Positions 25,904-37,451 of a stretch of 64,000 nucleotides of DNA are shown in pieces. How positions within the stretch are numbered: position 1 is the stretch's first letter; the number at the start of each line of letters is the position of its first letter. Location of the stretch: contig JBEPUG010000001.1 in assembly GCA_041691695.1 (NCBI GenBank), positions 23,922 to 87,921 on the forward strand, in the 5' to 3' direction. This DNA comes from Flavobacteriales bacterium. Lineage in GTDB: Bacteria > Bacteroidota > Bacteroidia > Flavobacteriales_F > PHOS-HE28. The notes under the pieces are model-generated. The model was not told the DNA's origin. It searched no databases and was given only the letters and a program-made list of their open reading frames with translations. Position numbers and translations under genes: made by a program.

Positions 25904-26275
25904 CTAGACTCTCGCCCGCTCTTGCATGCTGAGGATCACAAAGGCGATCACCGCACCCACACTGTCTGCGAGCAGGTCGAAGAAATCCGCATCTCGACCC
26001 ATGCCCATCGCGCCCTGAAGCAGTTCGATGGTACCACCATATGCGATAGCGACCACCATGGCCACAAGGAATGCCTTCTTCGCATTGCCTTTCACGGCCA
26101 GTGCTTGGCCGAGCAGAAAGGCTTGCCCTCCGAAGAGCACAACATGTACGAACTTGTCGAAATGGATGGTATCGGCCCAACTCCAGGTCGGGACGTCATT
26201 ACCGGGCATCAACGTTAGCACAAGGATGACCGCAGCCCACAGCCAAGCCCATAGCATCTTATTGAAAACCCACAC
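25904..26275 (-). CDS. VanZ-family membrane protein
   Basis: Small 4-TM protein with DKFVHVVLFG and GGTIELLQG, motifs typical of VanZ-like proteins. The start is either the GTG at 26275 or the ATG at 26257. Confidence 0.7.
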   Translation of the reverse strand: MWVFNKMLWAWLWAAVILVLTLMPGNDVPTWSWADTIHFDKFVHVVLFGGQAFLLGQALAVKGNAKKAFLVAMVVAIAYGGTIELLQGAMGMGRDADFFDLLADSVGAVIAFVILSMQERARV

Positions 26276-26286
26276 GACGAACGGAC

Positions 26287-26664
26287 TTAGCCGATCAATT
26301 CTTTGTACTGTCCGGCCGACAGCAGCCCGTCGAGCTGCCCGGCGTCGGTGATCTTCACCTTCACGATCCAGCCCGCTCCATAAGGGTCCTTGTTCACGGA
26401 GGCCGGATCATCTGCCAATGCGGAGTTCACTTCCTCGACGGTCCCACTGATGGGCATAAAGAGATCACTTACCGTCTTCACCGCTTCCACCGTGCCGAAG
26501 ACGGACTCCTGATCCACATCCTGCCCTTCGGTATTGATATCGATGAAGACGATATCGCCCAACTCGCCTTGGGCGTGGTCGGTGATGCCTATCACGGCAT
26601 GCTCGCCTTCAACGCGCACCCATTCATGGTCCTTTGTGTACTTGAGTTCTGCGGGGATATTCAT
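26287..26664 (-). CDS. gcvH: Glycine cleavage system H protein
   Basis: 125 aa with YTKDHEWV and the lipoyl-lysine motif [11 protein letters not shown]. Confidence 0.95.
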   Translation of the reverse strand: MNIPAELKYTKDHEWVRVEGEHAVIGITDHAQGELGDIVFIDINTEGQDVDQESVFGTVEAVKTVSDLFMPISGTVEEVNSALADDPASVNKDPYGAGWIVKVKITDAGQLDGLLSAGQYKELIG

Positions 26665-26716
26665 TGTGTTCCGGGTTGATGGGTTCGAGGATGTGTTTCG
26701 TGATCGCGCCGCAATA

Positions 26717-29700
26717 TTACTGGGTGAGCGTGAAGCGCAGGCTGATGCCGAAATTGGTATTGGCGCTGGGGAAGGAAGTGCTGATCACCGGCTTGTTGAT
26801 CACCCGCTCGTAGAAGATGCGCAGGTTCAGCCGCTGATCCAGCACATAATCCGCACTGGTCTTGATGGAGATGATGTCTTGTCCGGCGGTGATCTGATTC
26901 TGGTCCTGGGTGATCTGGCGGATCACCGTGTTGTTCTGACGCCAACTTAGGTCCACGCGCAGATTGAGATCGCTCTTCGGGGTCTTACCACCGATCTGCA
27001 CGGGGAACTTCACGTTCTTGAAACGATATCCACTGCCGATGACATACTCCTTGCCGCGCACCTCCGTCACTTGGTCATTGGTAAGGCCCAGGCCTAGGTT
27101 GCGGTCGCGGTTGTATTCGAATTTGGCCAGCAGGCTGTTCTGCAACGTGGCGTCGAAACTGAGCAGCGGATGCATCACCTCGGAAATGGTGACGCTCGAG
27201 ATCTGCTTCTGCGGTAGGAAGTTGCCGCCAGCGTCCAGCACGCTTCCGCCCTGCTGGTAGAGCAGGTTGCTCTGATAGCTGCCAATGCTCATGGTGCTCC
27301 GGTAGCTGTGCTTCAATGTGAAGGTCCGGAAGAACTTCTTGAAGAGGTCCAGCTTCGTTAGGCCGTCGTAGGTGATGTCCCAGTTCGGCAGCGGGATCAG
27401 CGAGAACGGATTGAGTTTCACCTTCGACGCGTTGGTGCCGGAATAGGCGGCAAGGAATGCGGGGATCACCACGTCTTGGCTTGTGCCACCATAGCCGACG
27501 TAGTAAAGGCTGTCGGTGGGCCCGCTGCGGTCCGGGTCGGCAATGCCCAAGCGTTGGCTGATCACCGGTCTATTTGTCAGCAGGGTGTTGAAGATGCTGT
27601 TCACGGAGTTCTTATCATCCTTACTGAAGGTAGTGGCCCAGTCGATGGTGCTCACACTGTAGCTACCGAACTCCTGTGGACTATCATTCACGTACCGCTG
27701 CTCGGTCTCGTTCCAACGGAAGAAGGAACTTCGGTTCTCACTGGCCATGCGCGTGGCCAGTAGTTCGATACGCATGCTCTTGAACGGCTCCAGTGTCAAC
27801 CTGCCATTGATGGTCTCCGTCCGCGTATCCGTATAGGGATTATAGATACTCGGCGTTTTCACCAACCAGTCCTTTCCGGCGGATGCGGTGGCGAAGTCAC
27901 GCACGTAGTTGCCACCGAGGTCCTGGTTCTGTTGACCCAGCAAGAAACCGAAGCCTGGTGCTCCAAAGCCCGGTGCCATGCCCAATACGTTGGCACCCTC
28001 TTTCCATCCGGGCAGCAGAATTCCGTTGTTCTGGCTGTAGGTGAAGGTACCCGTGCGTACCGTCATCAGCACGCGGGCCAATCCCTCCAACGGATGGATG
28101 CCACCGCTGGTCTTGTCATCGGCCTTGGCCTTGGTCCCTCCCTTGCCCCCTGCAGGCGTCTTCGCGGGCTTGCTGGGCTGGCCGTTGCTTCGTGCCTTGT
28201 CATTGATCTTCTTCAGGAACTTGATCTTGTTGTATAGGCTCACAAAGTTGAATTGACCGTTGAGGTTGATGTTGCGCGAGTTCTGGATGGTGTTGCCTAC
28301 GCTGTCCTGTGTCAGCGGCGCGCGGTCCCATTTGTAGGCTGCGGCGTAGGTCGCGTTCGCGGTGATCCAATCGGTGATCGGCAACTTGTCAAAGGGCAGC
28401 GTGTAGGTGAGGTTGACCGCTTGGTTGTATCCGGTGGTCTCACCGAAGTGCTTGATGCTGGTGAGCACGCTATCCTTCCACATCTGGTATTCATCATGGT
28501 CATCAGTGTTCACCCGGCCGGCAGGCTCACCGATGATGGCGTTGTTGTTGGCATTGAAATCCACCTTGAGGCTCTTGCTGATCTCATAGCGGAACCCATA
28601 TTGGTTGGTCCAGTTGAAGGCCTTGTTGTAGGTTGGGGCCGGAGGGAGACTCTCGATGTCCGGGTTTGGTCGGATCAACCGCTCAACATAGCTACGATCG
28701 ATCGAGGTACGTGCAGTGATCTGCTTGAATCCAAGGTTGAAGTTGAGGTCCTTGATCAAGCGAAGCCATTTGCTATTGCTTATGAAGGCGATGTTCTCAA
28801 AAGGCTTTACAGGGCGGGGCTTCGGGTTGTGCTGGTAAGTGATCCCACCACTGTATGTGCGCGTATTCTCATACTGCGTGTTCACATCGTGGTATTCCTG
28901 GTCCCCATAGGCATATGAGATCCCGAAGTTGGACACGTCGAAGAAATGCTCCGGTTTGTTGCCCTGCGGCTTCTCCTTATGGATGTTGGTGAAGTTGATA
29001 CTGCGCCGTCGCGTATAGGTTCGCAGTTCCTGCATGCGCGCTTTCCGCTCGTCCCGCGTGAGCGATCGCGTGGCATCGCTCCACAGGATATCAGGGTTCA
29101 ACGGGTCGTATTGCGGATTGATGATCTGCTCCGAGTAACCGAGGTACATCGGTACCTTGATCAAGCTTTTCTCCGGAAGGAACTTGCTCATCTCCAGGTT
29201 GGCGCTCAGGTCGATGCCGTAGCGTGTGTCCTTCTGGCGGTCGCTAACGGTCTTGTCGATGCTGCCCCAGCCGGGGGTGCTATAGTTGCCCGCCACGCTG
29301 ATGGACCCCAGGTCCGCCAAGGTGGTATTCACACGTGCGATCGTGGCACCGCCGCCGTGCTGGTCAAAATCGGTAAGGCGCAACTCGTCCACCCAGACCT
29401 CCACACACTTCGAGGATCCGTCGTCGTTGGCCCATATGTTCGCCTCGGGTCCATCCCGCTTGGGATTGCGGATGCCGATCATGATGGTGGTCATCTGGCT
29501 CAGGTTCGGATTCCCCTTCACCGTGATCCGCCGGTCGCCGTCCATCACGATATAGCGCTGACTCACCGGGAAACTCGCCTGGTTGCGCTGGATCTTCGCG
29601 TCATTCAACTTGGCGAATTCCACCACCATGTTGTTCGCCTCCGGCCACACGCTATAGGGATCGTTGTTGTTAAAGGCGGAAGGCGTAGCAGGCACCTCGT

Positions 29701-32700
29701 ACTCGTAATAGTTGTCCGTGTAGTCATTGCCCAAGCGGATAAAGACAGTGGCGTCGCCGTATTTGATCGGATGCACGGGGTCCGCGGATTCGGCATGGAT
29801 GAACATCTGGAGTTTCTTGTAACTGCGGATGTCGAAGCTCACATTGCGGAACGCCGCCCGCGCGTCGCCGTCGCGCAGGCCGCAGGTGTTCAGTTCCAAG
29901 GATTGCTCGTTCAAGGCCCGCAGATTCGCGCTGGCGATGTCCGTCTGCTGGTTGATCCCCGGAGGCAACACATAGTTGATCGGCACTCGGTTGCCGTTCT
30001 CCTCGATGTTCACCGCCGCCACGTCGAAGGTGGTCTGGTCCGGATCGCCGCCGATCACTTCTCCAGGTGTCTCCAAGCTTTGAAGGTACTTGCGCCACTC
30101 CCCTCGGACAAAGTCGAGCCGCGCGAAGCGGAGTACCACCGGTTGCGCCCAGCCCTTCAAGAACATGCGCATGAAGCGTATGGAGCGGAAATCCTGAATG
30201 CCGTTCACCGCTTTCTCCGGCTGGCGGACCGGCACTTTGAACTGGTACCAGTAGACCTGCTTTCCATCCGGCGAATTTCCCAGCACCCGGTCCGTGATGA
30301 AGTTCTGCCCGATGATCATGTTCGCCGGTCGAAGCTTGATCTGGTACTGGAAGTAGCTCTCACTCTCGCTCAGGTTCTGGTCCTGGTTGATATCCTCGGT
30401 GGTGGGCAACGTAGTGGCCTGTGTAGGGTAGTTCTCCGGGCTGTCCTCGTCGGTGATCGAGTTTCCCTCTACGCCGTTGAAGCGCTTGTACCGGTCCAGG
30501 ATCGAACGTGGTGGACTGTCGTAATCGCTTCCACGGAAGTAGTGGTAATCATCCGCAGAGGGATCGCTATTCCAGCGCGCCTTTGCACCCGGTAACAAGC
30601 TGTCGAGATAGGTCTTGAAAAAGAGCTGCTCGTTCTGACCGGCCTTGAAGGCGCGGGTGTCATCATCGCTCAGTCCGTCCATGCCCACGTCCTGGTATTT
30701 GTAGGTGTTGTTGTTGTCCGCGATGGCGAAGGCGTTCACCACGCTCTGAGTGGTAGGCACTACGCCCCAAGCGGTGACGGCGGTGGAAGCTGAGTCCTGC
30801 GGATTCTTTGGCAATCCGTTCTCGAAGCTCTTCCGGCTGTCTTTCAACACATCCTCACTCAGGTTACCCAGGTTGATGTATAGATCGCCACCGGTGGTAT
30901 TCGCAGCATCCACATTGGTGGCGGGCTCCCCGTTCCCATTGCTCACGGCCGGGTTGAAGGGGTCCATGATCCAGAATTGCACCGTCTCGATATTGCTCGC
31001 CTCGAAATCCGTGGTGGTGACGCGCCGCTCGATGCCCGCCCAATTGTTCTCGGGATCTTGCAGGTTCCCATTCTGGTCCAGGTTCGGGGTATAGTTGTAC
31101 ATCCCACGCTCGGTAGGATAATAGGCCAGGTCGAACACCGCGATATTCGACGGTGTGCCCGTGGCCAACTGCTTGTTGGGGAACACCTCGCTCTCCAACA
31201 CTTCGCGTGACCGGTTGTCCGAATCGGAGCCGTCCGGCAAGGGGGGGCGCAGGTTGTTGTTGTTGAAGAACAAGGGGTCGATCACGTACCAAGCGAGCAG
31301 CGCGCGCTTGAATCCGGTGCGCAGGTCATTGATGTATTCTCCCTCCGGGAAGAGGTCCCCGGTCTGCCCTTCCGGTGTAGGTGCCATGAACCATTGGCTT
31401 TGTGTGCGCATGTCGATGTTGCTCACGCTGCCCTCGAAATCATCGATATAACTCGTGCCCGCAGCACCGATGGCCTTGCTGTGCCCGGGAATGAGGTAGG
31501 CGGTTTCCGCGCTGGCATCAACCGTACTCACCGTTTTGGTGGCATAGAACGGCAGTTTATCGACCAGGCGAGTGATGTAGTTGCTCTCGGTCTTCCAGTT
31601 CGCATCCAACCCGAAGATGGTGTTGGCGATCGGCTCGTCCCCCACGTTCACTTTTTGCGTCAGGGGCCGCTCATAAAGGTTCATCACCGTCCCGCCAAGG
31701 ACAAGGTCCTTGTTCACCTTGTAGTCGAAGCGCGCGCCAGCAAGCGTCTTGGTCTGAATGCTGAAGAGCGAATTGCTCTCCAAGCTCACGTTTATCGGCG
31801 TGCCGCTCTCAAGGATGCCTTGGTTGAGGATCTTCACCCGGCCCAAATTGTAGTCCACCGTATAGTCCTGGTTCTCGACCAGCTTCACGCCTCCGGCGGT
31901 AACGCTTACAGAACCCTGCGGGATGTTCACCGAGTTGAGGCTGATCACATCGCTACTGGCGCTTTTGAAACTGCCCTTCAGCGTGAAGCGGTCCAGTGCC
32001 GGTAGATTTTCAGCGGCCGTCTTCGTACTGTCATAGAGCTGCTGGAAGACGATGTTCTTTCTCACCAGCGGACCCTGGATAGGGTTGTTCGGATCCGGCC
32101 CGATCAACTGTTGGTCCAGGTAGCTGCCGAACGGCTCCAACACAGGGAAGAAGACCCGACCATTGTCCGCATTGATGGTTCCACCCAGCGTGGCAGCATT
32201 GTCCACGAAGTCGAAACTACCATCCGGGTTTGGTGCTCCTTGCGCGTCCAACCGGTCAAGGGCCAAAGCGCGCAACAGGGGGATCTGGTCAATGGGTGGC
32301 TTCGGAATGTAATTGAGGTCCACACCGGTAGTGGGGTTGTTGTAGAGCAGTTCCAGCCGGAAGTCCTGCGGATTCACTTGGAAGGCGCCAAGGGAATAGA
32401 CGTTCTTCATCATCAGGTCCCACAGTGGAAGCAGCGGGTTCGTGATAGTGGATTTCAACAGGCGCAGCATCAGGGCCTTGGGCGGGGCGATACCATCGGT
32501 ACTGAATTCCCCGACCTGGAAGGTCTGCCCTTGGTAGGTGTACTGGTAGGCCACCGCCAATACTTCGTCGTTGTTCAGGTTCTGGCTCAGGCCGATGAAG
32601 CCTAGTCGGGCGTTCAATGTATATTCGCTGGGACTCAACAGGCGCGCGCTTTCGAGTTTTTCATAGTTCGTGCTCGCTTGTAGGCCCAGCACCTGCAGCG

Positions 32701-33970
32701 AAGCGGAGGCGGCCGTGAAGGAGCGTATGCCCGCGTTGTTCGATACGGTAGAGTAGAGGCTGTTCGCGTCGTTGGAAGCGATCACACCAGGGTGGTCCAC
32801 GATGGTTCCATTGCTCACTAGCAAAGGGCTCACGTGGTTTGCTGCCACAGCTGCCGCGCTGGCATCCTCACCGAGATCCGTGAAAGCCACGATGTTCCTG
32901 TTGTTGGTATAGTCGCTCCGCGTATTGGTGACCCAGACCTCCACCTTGGTCACTTGCACACCACTGCTCACCGTTGGCAGCGTGCTCAGCGCCTTCTCAT
33001 AATTATTGCGGAAATAGTAGCTGAGGAAGTAGTATTTGTTCGCCTCATACTCGTCCGCCTTGATGGTGAAATTGGTGGTCTGCGCACCACCCGCCACTGC
33101 GATGTCCTTTCGTTGGCCTTTCTCCTGGCTGAATATGGCGGTGGCCGTCAGTTTCCCGAAGCGCAGCTCGGTCTTCAGGCCGAAGAGGCTTTGGCTGCCT
33201 TGGATCAATTGTCCGGTAAGAGGGAGGCTCACGTTGCCCGCCTCCAGTTTTTGGATGATCTCGTCCTCATGGCCCGTGTAATCAAGCTTCACCTGATTCT
33301 CAAAGTCGAAGGTGGCCTCGGTGTTGTAGCTGGTATTGATCTTCAGCTTGTCCCCGATGTTGCCCACCAGGTTCAACTGGATCTTCTGGTCAAAGTTGAA
33401 GGTGGTGATCTTCCGCTGGCTTACCGGTATTCGCGGGTTCTCGGTCTTGCTCGTGTTCAGCCCGAAGGTCACCTCGGCACTTCCCTGCGGGCGGATGTCG
33501 ATGTTGCATCCCCCGAAGATCCGGCAGAATGCTTCGTTGCGCACTTGGATGCTCGGGATCAGTCCCTTCGCCGCACGTTGGCTGTCCTCCTGATTCTTGT
33601 CCAGCCAGTAGGTCTTCATGGACTTCGACATGTCGTAGTCCATGTACTGCTGCAAGGTCATGCTCTGCGGCGGACGATAGTCCATGTTGTCGCCGATCCG
33701 GCTTTGCAGGATGTACTGGCCCGTCACCGGATCGTAGACCACATCGTTGGTCACGTTGCTGGGCGTGCCCAGGTCGATGGTGCCCGTGTTGTTGTCGCCG
33801 CTGGACGGCGGATCGACTATTGGATAGTGCAGGTCCACTTCCGGGCTGTCGACCGGAAGCACCATGGTGCTACGACCGTATGCCTGTTGACCGCCAGCGA
33901 ACGATCCCAAGAGCACGGCAAACAAGGCCCACGTACGAATGGGAAGGGGGCGCTGAGAGGGGGCCGTCAT
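26717..33970 (-). CDS. sprA: Type IX secretion system translocon / gliding motility protein SprA
   Basis: 2417-aa ORF with a signal peptide ([27 protein letters not shown]) and beta-rich composition throughout. The size matches SprA (about 2400 aa) of Flavobacterium johnsoniae, and T9SS cargo genes are adjacent. Confidence 0.85.
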   Translation of the reverse strand: MTAPSQRPLPIRTWALFAVLLGSFAGGQQAYGRSTMVLPVDSPEVDLHYPIVDPPSSGDNNTGTIDLGTPSNVTNDVVYDPVTGQYILQSRIGDNMDYRPPQSMTLQQYMDYDMSKSMKTYWLDKNQEDSQRAAKGLIPSIQVRNEAFCRIFGGCNIDIRPQGSAEVTFGLNTSKTENPRIPVSQRKITTFNFDQKIQLNLVGNIGDKLKINTSYNTEATFDFENQVKLDYTGHEDEIIQKLEAGNVSLPLTGQLIQGSQSLFGLKTELRFGKLTATAIFSQEKGQRKDIAVAGGAQTTNFTIKADEYEANKYYFLSYYFRNNYEKALSTLPTVSSGVQVTKVEVWVTNTRSDYTNNRNIVAFTDLGEDASAAAVAANHVSPLLVSNGTIVDHPGVIASNDANSLYSTVSNNAGIRSFTAASASLQVLGLQASTNYEKLESARLLSPSEYTLNARLGFIGLSQNLNNDEVLAVAYQYTYQGQTFQVGEFSTDGIAPPKALMLRLLKSTITNPLLPLWDLMMKNVYSLGAFQVNPQDFRLELLYNNPTTGVDLNYIPKPPIDQIPLLRALALDRLDAQGAPNPDGSFDFVDNAATLGGTINADNGRVFFPVLEPFGSYLDQQLIGPDPNNPIQGPLVRKNIVFQQLYDSTKTAAENLPALDRFTLKGSFKSASSDVISLNSVNIPQGSVSVTAGGVKLVENQDYTVDYNLGRVKILNQGILESGTPINVSLESNSLFSIQTKTLAGARFDYKVNKDLVLGGTVMNLYERPLTQKVNVGDEPIANTIFGLDANWKTESNYITRLVDKLPFYATKTVSTVDASAETAYLIPGHSKAIGAAGTSYIDDFEGSVSNIDMRTQSQWFMAPTPEGQTGDLFPEGEYINDLRTGFKRALLAWYVIDPLFFNNNNLRPPLPDGSDSDNRSREVLESEVFPNKQLATGTPSNIAVFDLAYYPTERGMYNYTPNLDQNGNLQDPENNWAGIERRVTTTDFEASNIETVQFWIMDPFNPAVSNGNGEPATNVDAANTTGGDLYINLGNLSEDVLKDSRKSFENGLPKNPQDSASTAVTAWGVVPTTQSVVNAFAIADNNNTYKYQDVGMDGLSDDDTRAFKAGQNEQLFFKTYLDSLLPGAKARWNSDPSADDYHYFRGSDYDSPPRSILDRYKRFNGVEGNSITDEDSPENYPTQATTLPTTEDINQDQNLSESESYFQYQIKLRPANMIIGQNFITDRVLGNSPDGKQVYWYQFKVPVRQPEKAVNGIQDFRSIRFMRMFLKGWAQPVVLRFARLDFVRGEWRKYLQSLETPGEVIGGDPDQTTFDVAAVNIEENGNRVPINYVLPPGINQQTDIASANLRALNEQSLELNTCGLRDGDARAAFRNVSFDIRSYKKLQMFIHAESADPVHPIKYGDATVFIRLGNDYTDNYYEYEVPATPSAFNNNDPYSVWPEANNMVVEFAKLNDAKIQRNQASFPVSQRYIVMDGDRRITVKGNPNLSQMTTIMIGIRNPKRDGPEANIWANDDGSSKCVEVWVDELRLTDFDQHGGGATIARVNTTLADLGSISVAGNYSTPGWGSIDKTVSDRQKDTRYGIDLSANLEMSKFLPEKSLIKVPMYLGYSEQIINPQYDPLNPDILWSDATRSLTRDERKARMQELRTYTRRRSINFTNIHKEKPQGNKPEHFFDVSNFGISYAYGDQEYHDVNTQYENTRTYSGGITYQHNPKPRPVKPFENIAFISNSKWLRLIKDLNFNLGFKQITARTSIDRSYVERLIRPNPDIESLPPAPTYNKAFNWTNQYGFRYEISKSLKVDFNANNNAIIGEPAGRVNTDDHDEYQMWKDSVLTSIKHFGETTGYNQAVNLTYTLPFDKLPITDWITANATYAAAYKWDRAPLTQDSVGNTIQNSRNINLNGQFNFVSLYNKIKFLKKINDKARSNGQPSKPAKTPAGGKGGTKAKADDKTSGGIHPLEGLARVLMTVRTGTFTYSQNNGILLPGWKEGANVLGMAPGFGAPGFGFLLGQQNQDLGGNYVRDFATASAGKDWLVKTPSIYNPYTDTRTETINGRLTLEPFKSMRIELLATRMASENRSSFFRWNETEQRYVNDSPQEFGSYSVSTIDWATTFSKDDKNSVNSIFNTLLTNRPVISQRLGIADPDRSGPTDSLYYVGYGGTSQDVVIPAFLAAYSGTNASKVKLNPFSLIPLPNWDITYDGLTKLDLFKKFFRTFTLKHSYRSTMSIGSYQSNLLYQQGGSVLDAGGNFLPQKQISSVTISEVMHPLLSFDATLQNSLLAKFEYNRDRNLGLGLTNDQVTEVRGKEYVIGSGYRFKNVKFPVQIGGKTPKSDLNLRVDLSWRQNNTVIRQITQDQNQITAGQDIISIKTSADYVLDQRLNLRIFYERVINKPVISTSFPSANTNFGISLRFTLTQ

Positions 33971-33989
33971 CGGTCGCGGAGCACAATGC

Positions 33990-34601
33990 TCAACTGTTCT
34001 TCAGGGTCAGCCTGATCAATTCCTCCACCGTCGGCGGGTCGTTCTTCCGTTCATCCAATACCCGTTGTAGCGAGCGCTCGGCCTTTGCGCGATCCAGCCC
34101 CAAGGAGATCAAGGCCGATAACGCCTCCGACTTCAGGGTATTGCCCGAAGTGCCAGAGGAGACAGCAAGATGCTCGATCGGATCGTGGGCCAACTTCCCG
34201 CTCAGCTCCGCCACGATGCGTTGCGCCAACTTGGGTCCGATGCCCTTCACACTCTTCAACACCGATTCATCACCATGCAGGATCGCCATCCGCAGGTCCT
34301 GTGTGCGGCGTGCGCCAAGGATCGACAAGCCGATGGTGCTGCTCACCCCCTGCACACCGATCAATTGGCGGAACAGGTGCCGCTCCTCCCTATCCAGGAA
34401 GCCATAAAGCCGGTGCTCGCTCTGCCCGCTGCGCACGTCCATCGTCACCGCGTAGTGGATGAAGAGTTTGCACACACCGTGATCGGGCAGGTCGCCATAC
34501 GTGTTGGCGGTGACCTGCACCAAATAGCCCACGCCATGGCAATCCACCACCACATGGGAAGGAGTTCGTTCCGCGATCTCGCCGCGCAGACTATCGATCA
34601 T
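33990..34601 (-). CDS. ruvA: Holliday junction branch migration complex subunit RuvA
   Basis: The ATG is at 34601 (MIDSLRGEI). The HhH motif is KSVKGIGPKLAQRIVAEL. The upstream 70 codons in the ORF track are an extension. Confidence 0.92.
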   Translation of the reverse strand: MIDSLRGEIAERTPSHVVVDCHGVGYLVQVTANTYGDLPDHGVCKLFIHYAVTMDVRSGQSEHRLYGFLDREERHLFRQLIGVQGVSSTIGLSILGARRTQDLRMAILHGDESVLKSVKGIGPKLAQRIVAELSGKLAHDPIEHLAVSSGTSGNTLKSEALSALISLGLDRAKAERSLQRVLDERKNDPPTVEELIRLTLKNS

Positions 34602-34871
34602 CTCTGGCCTGCCGGAACTGGTATTGAGCGTTCGGCAGGAGGGAGTAAAGTTGGAACTATGGGCGCGCGGTTTTGGTGCAAAAGGGCTGCAAAATAAGCG
34701 GATCCCCCGAACCGGGGTGATGTACTTTTCAAGGCACGAAAAGTGACCACCCAAACACAACTCCAGCAAGAGCGTCACATCGTGATCAGGCCAGTGCCGA
34801 GATCCTCGCAATTCTTACAAATCGCATCCATGTATTGCTCAACATCCATGCGCCCACGGACATGGTCCTTG

Positions 34872-34906
34872 AAAAAAGCCAGCTTGGAGGAACCAAGCTG
34901 GCTTTT
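34872..34906 (-). terminator. Rho-independent (bidirectional-type) terminator after the T9SS cargo gene
   Basis: AAAAAA-GCCAGCTTGG-aggaa-CCAAGCTGGC-TTTT. It has a perfect 10-bp GC-rich stem extended by A/T pairs. On the minus strand the stem is followed by a run of six U. It lies 18 nt after the stop at 34924. Confidence 0.75.
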
Positions 34907-34923
34907 CAAGAAACGGGCGATCC

Positions 34924-35688
34924 TCAACGTGCGATCACCAAGCGCTTAGTAGCCAGTGCAAGGCCGTTGCGCTCGAGCACCGCGAACCATACCCCGGAGG
35001 CAAGGTCGTTCTCGTTCAAGACCACGCGGCCTTGAGCCGCGCTGAGGTTACGCACCAGCTTGCGCTCGCCCAGCATGTTATAAATGGCCAAGCGTGTGCC
35101 CACACCGACCGCAGCGAGGTCATAATCCAGCGTAATGTTGCCCCCGATGGAAGGATTGGGGTAAGCCGTGAAGCTGCGCACCGGCGCGGCAGCCTCATTT
35201 ATGCCAACGATCTGTGCGTTGAATACGAAATCGACCCACGTACTATCATTCGGATCGTTCGTGTCATACCAGACGTAGCGGAAGGTGGCGGGTCCATCCA
35301 CATGAATGGGAACATAGTAAGCGTGGAAGCCATTGACGGTCTGTCCGGCCGTCATGGAAATGGGATCGGCAGCAACCCAGAGCGGACTCTGACCGGCATC
35401 CCGTGCACCATAGCACAAGTCCCAGCAGAAATAGTTCTGTGTCCCGTGTGGGACATCCACCTCGTAGCGCTTCACATTCACCGTGCGTGCGGTACCGGAA
35501 ATATTCTGGGTGGCCAAGTCGCTCTCCAAGATCTGGGTGGTGTTATCAGCGAAAGGCTGCGTGACATATACCGTTGTGCCCGTCACGACGTTGCCATTGA
35601 CATCGGTGAGCTGGACCAACTGTGCTTGGGCCACACCGGACGCCATCAAGCAGATCACGAGGGCGGAAAGAGCGTAGGGATGTTTCAT
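34924..35688 (-). CDS. Secreted protein of unknown function with a T9SS type-A C-terminal sorting domain
   Basis: The ATG is at 35688, giving the signal peptide MKHPYALSALVICLMASGVAQA. The C-terminus reads FTAYPNPSIGGNITLDYDL, IYNMLGERK and SGVWFAVLERNG. Confidence 0.75.
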   Translation of the reverse strand: MKHPYALSALVICLMASGVAQAQLVQLTDVNGNVVTGTTVYVTQPFADNTTQILESDLATQNISGTARTVNVKRYEVDVPHGTQNYFCWDLCYGARDAGQSPLWVAADPISMTAGQTVNGFHAYYVPIHVDGPATFRYVWYDTNDPNDSTWVDFVFNAQIVGINEAAAPVRSFTAYPNPSIGGNITLDYDLAAVGVGTRLAIYNMLGERKLVRNLSAAQGRVVLNENDLASGVWFAVLERNGLALATKRLVIAR

Positions 35689-35718
35689 GGTCGATTGGGT
35701 ATCTGGTCCTATTGCGTA

Positions 35719-35726
35719 CAAAAGTA
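35719..35726 (-). promoter_or_regulatory. Candidate Bacteroidota -7 promoter box (TACTTTTG on the minus strand)
   Basis: It matches TAnnTTTG and lies about 30 nt upstream of the ATG at 35688. Confidence 0.3.
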
Positions 35727-35864
35727 AGGTCTATGGGCAGGTGCATGCCACAAACCGGGGCCTCAACCAGGTGGGATGGGATCCCAACATTACCGCAAGT
35801 GAAATTCCCATGGGATATGATCAACCCTTAGCTTCGTGACCTCAACCCGTAAAACCTGCCCAAC

Positions 35865-37325
35865 ATGAAGAAGAAATTACTCCTCTCTGCCATGGTGCTT
35901 TCCGCTGCGGGAGCCATGGCACAGTTGCCGCCCAATTCCTACGCGCCTGATTTCACGGCGACGGACATCAACGGCATCAGCCAAAATCTTTACGCTTACA
36001 CCGATTCTGGGTACACCGTGTTCCTGGACATCTTCGCTACGTGGTGCGGACCTTGCTGGAACTACAATAACACCCATGCGTTGGATGACCTCTACACCAC
36101 CTATGGCCCCGGCACAGCGCAGAACAAGGTGCGGGTCTTCGCCATCGAAGGTGACCCCGCCACCACCTTGGCAGACCTTAATGGTACAGGCAGCAACACC
36201 CAAGGCGACTGGGTTACCGGCACACCTTACCCCACTCTTGACAACGCGACCATCGCCAACGATTACCAGATCACCTACTATCCCACCATCTACATGATCT
36301 GCCCCAATAGGATCGTGAACGAAGTGGGCCAAAAAACCACAGCCCAACTCTGGGCCGGTGTGGGCAGCTGCCAAGCCGCGGCCAGTGGCATCAACGCCAG
36401 TCTCCTCCAATACACCGGGGACAAAGTGATCTGCGACAATGTGAACGCGACGCTCACTATCCAAAACATGGGCACCAGCCCGCTTACTACGGTCGATGTT
36501 GCTATGATGCAGGGTACTACTGTACTTAGCACCCAGACCTGGAACGGCAGCTTGGCCACGTACAACACGGCCGACGTGACCGTTCCATCAACTACAGTAA
36601 GCGACCCATCCACGGTGACCTTCGCTATCACTACCCCCGATGCGAACACTGCAGACAACACGCTGAACCCCGGACTTAGTTCCGCCGTGCCCGCCATGGC
36701 CAATCTCACCTTCACGCTGAACCTTGACTACTACTGCTCCGAGACCACTTGGAAACTGTACAACAGCGCGGGTGCCATCGTTCATTCCGGTGGCCCATAT
36801 AGCTGCGCCACCGCTGGTGGTGGAGCGGATGCGCACACCACCAAGACCTACAGTTGGACCGTGCCCGAGGATTGCTACCGCATGTACGTGTATGATGTCT
36901 ACGGTGATGGCCTTACCTCTGCATCGTATGGCCACCCGCCTGATGGTAGCTTCAACATGGTAGACGGTGGTGGACATCTCGTCTACAGCGGCGCCGGTAA
37001 CTTCGGTTCGCAGTACCTCGGTGGTCTCAATGTGAACATGCCAGCTGGCATTGAGCAAGAGAACGCTTTGAGCAATAGCCTCACCGTGTATCCTAACCCA
37101 AGCAGCGGTATCGTGAACCTGAATTATAACCTCGACCATGCTGCACGCGTGACCGTTGAGGTGTACGATGCCTTGGGTAAGCTGGTGCTGGCCCACAGCA
37201 ACACTGTTCCCGCCGGTCTGCAGTTGCAGCCGATGGACTTCGGATCGCTGGACAACGGCATCTACTTCATGAACATCGTAGCGGACGGTCTCAAGGCCTC
37301 CCGCACCATCACGCTGACCAAATAA
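35865..37325 (+). CDS. Thioredoxin-fold (redoxin, WCGPC) protein with a T9SS type-A C-terminal sorting domain
   Basis: The signal peptide is MKKKLLLSAMVLSAAGAMA. The N-terminal redoxin-like domain reads APDFTATDINGISQNLYAY and VFLDIFATWCGPCWNY. The C-terminus reads LTVYPNPSSGIVNLNYNL, VEVYDALGKLV and NGIYFMNIVADG. Confidence 0.8.
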   Translation: MKKKLLLSAMVLSAAGAMAQLPPNSYAPDFTATDINGISQNLYAYTDSGYTVFLDIFATWCGPCWNYNNTHALDDLYTTYGPGTAQNKVRVFAIEGDPATTLADLNGTGSNTQGDWVTGTPYPTLDNATIANDYQITYYPTIYMICPNRIVNEVGQKTTAQLWAGVGSCQAAASGINASLLQYTGDKVICDNVNATLTIQNMGTSPLTTVDVAMMQGTTVLSTQTWNGSLATYNTADVTVPSTTVSDPSTVTFAITTPDANTADNTLNPGLSSAVPAMANLTFTLNLDYYCSETTWKLYNSAGAIVHSGGPYSCATAGGGADAHTTKTYSWTVPEDCYRMYVYDVYGDGLTSASYGHPPDGSFNMVDGGGHLVYSGAGNFGSQYLGGLNVNMPAGIEQENALSNSLTVYPNPSSGIVNLNYNLDHAARVTVEVYDALGKLVLAHSNTVPAGLQLQPMDFGSLDNGIYFMNIVADGLKASRTITLTK

Positions 37326-37348
37326 AGCTGGTGTGAATCTCCATTGAC

Positions 37349-37398
37349 AAGGCCGACGGACCTGCTACTATATGCACGGACCGTCGGCCTTTTCTTTG
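37349..37398 (+). terminator. Rho-independent terminator
   Basis: AAGGCCGACGG (37349-37359) pairs with CCGTCGGCCTT (37381-37391), an 11-bp stem followed by TTCTTTGG. It begins 24 nt after the stop at 37325. Confidence 0.7.
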
Positions 37399-37451
37399 GC
37401 CCATGTTTTGACTATCCGCCCGATCCAGACAGTAGCTTACCAACCCAACGC

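Noticed and set aside
28946-30595. 549-aa plus-strand ORF, with the 393-aa ORF at 32834-34015
   Set aside because: Both are antisense to sprA and have Arg/Val/His/Asp-rich composition with no motifs. The minus-strand 2417-aa frame explains the region.
33990-34811. Long N-terminal extensions in the ORF track. Examples: ruvA 273 aa, cysC from 22677, ruvB from 43537, actB from 54554, GT26 from 6854, the hypothetical protein from 44267, and the PGT from 15880.
   Set aside because: The extensions overlap upstream genes or have atypical composition. Internal ATGs give canonical N-termini (MIDSLRGEI, MPSQISN, MPDPFDV, MPSTKRYW with a Tat motif, MKRITLFG and others) and sensible intergenic spacing.
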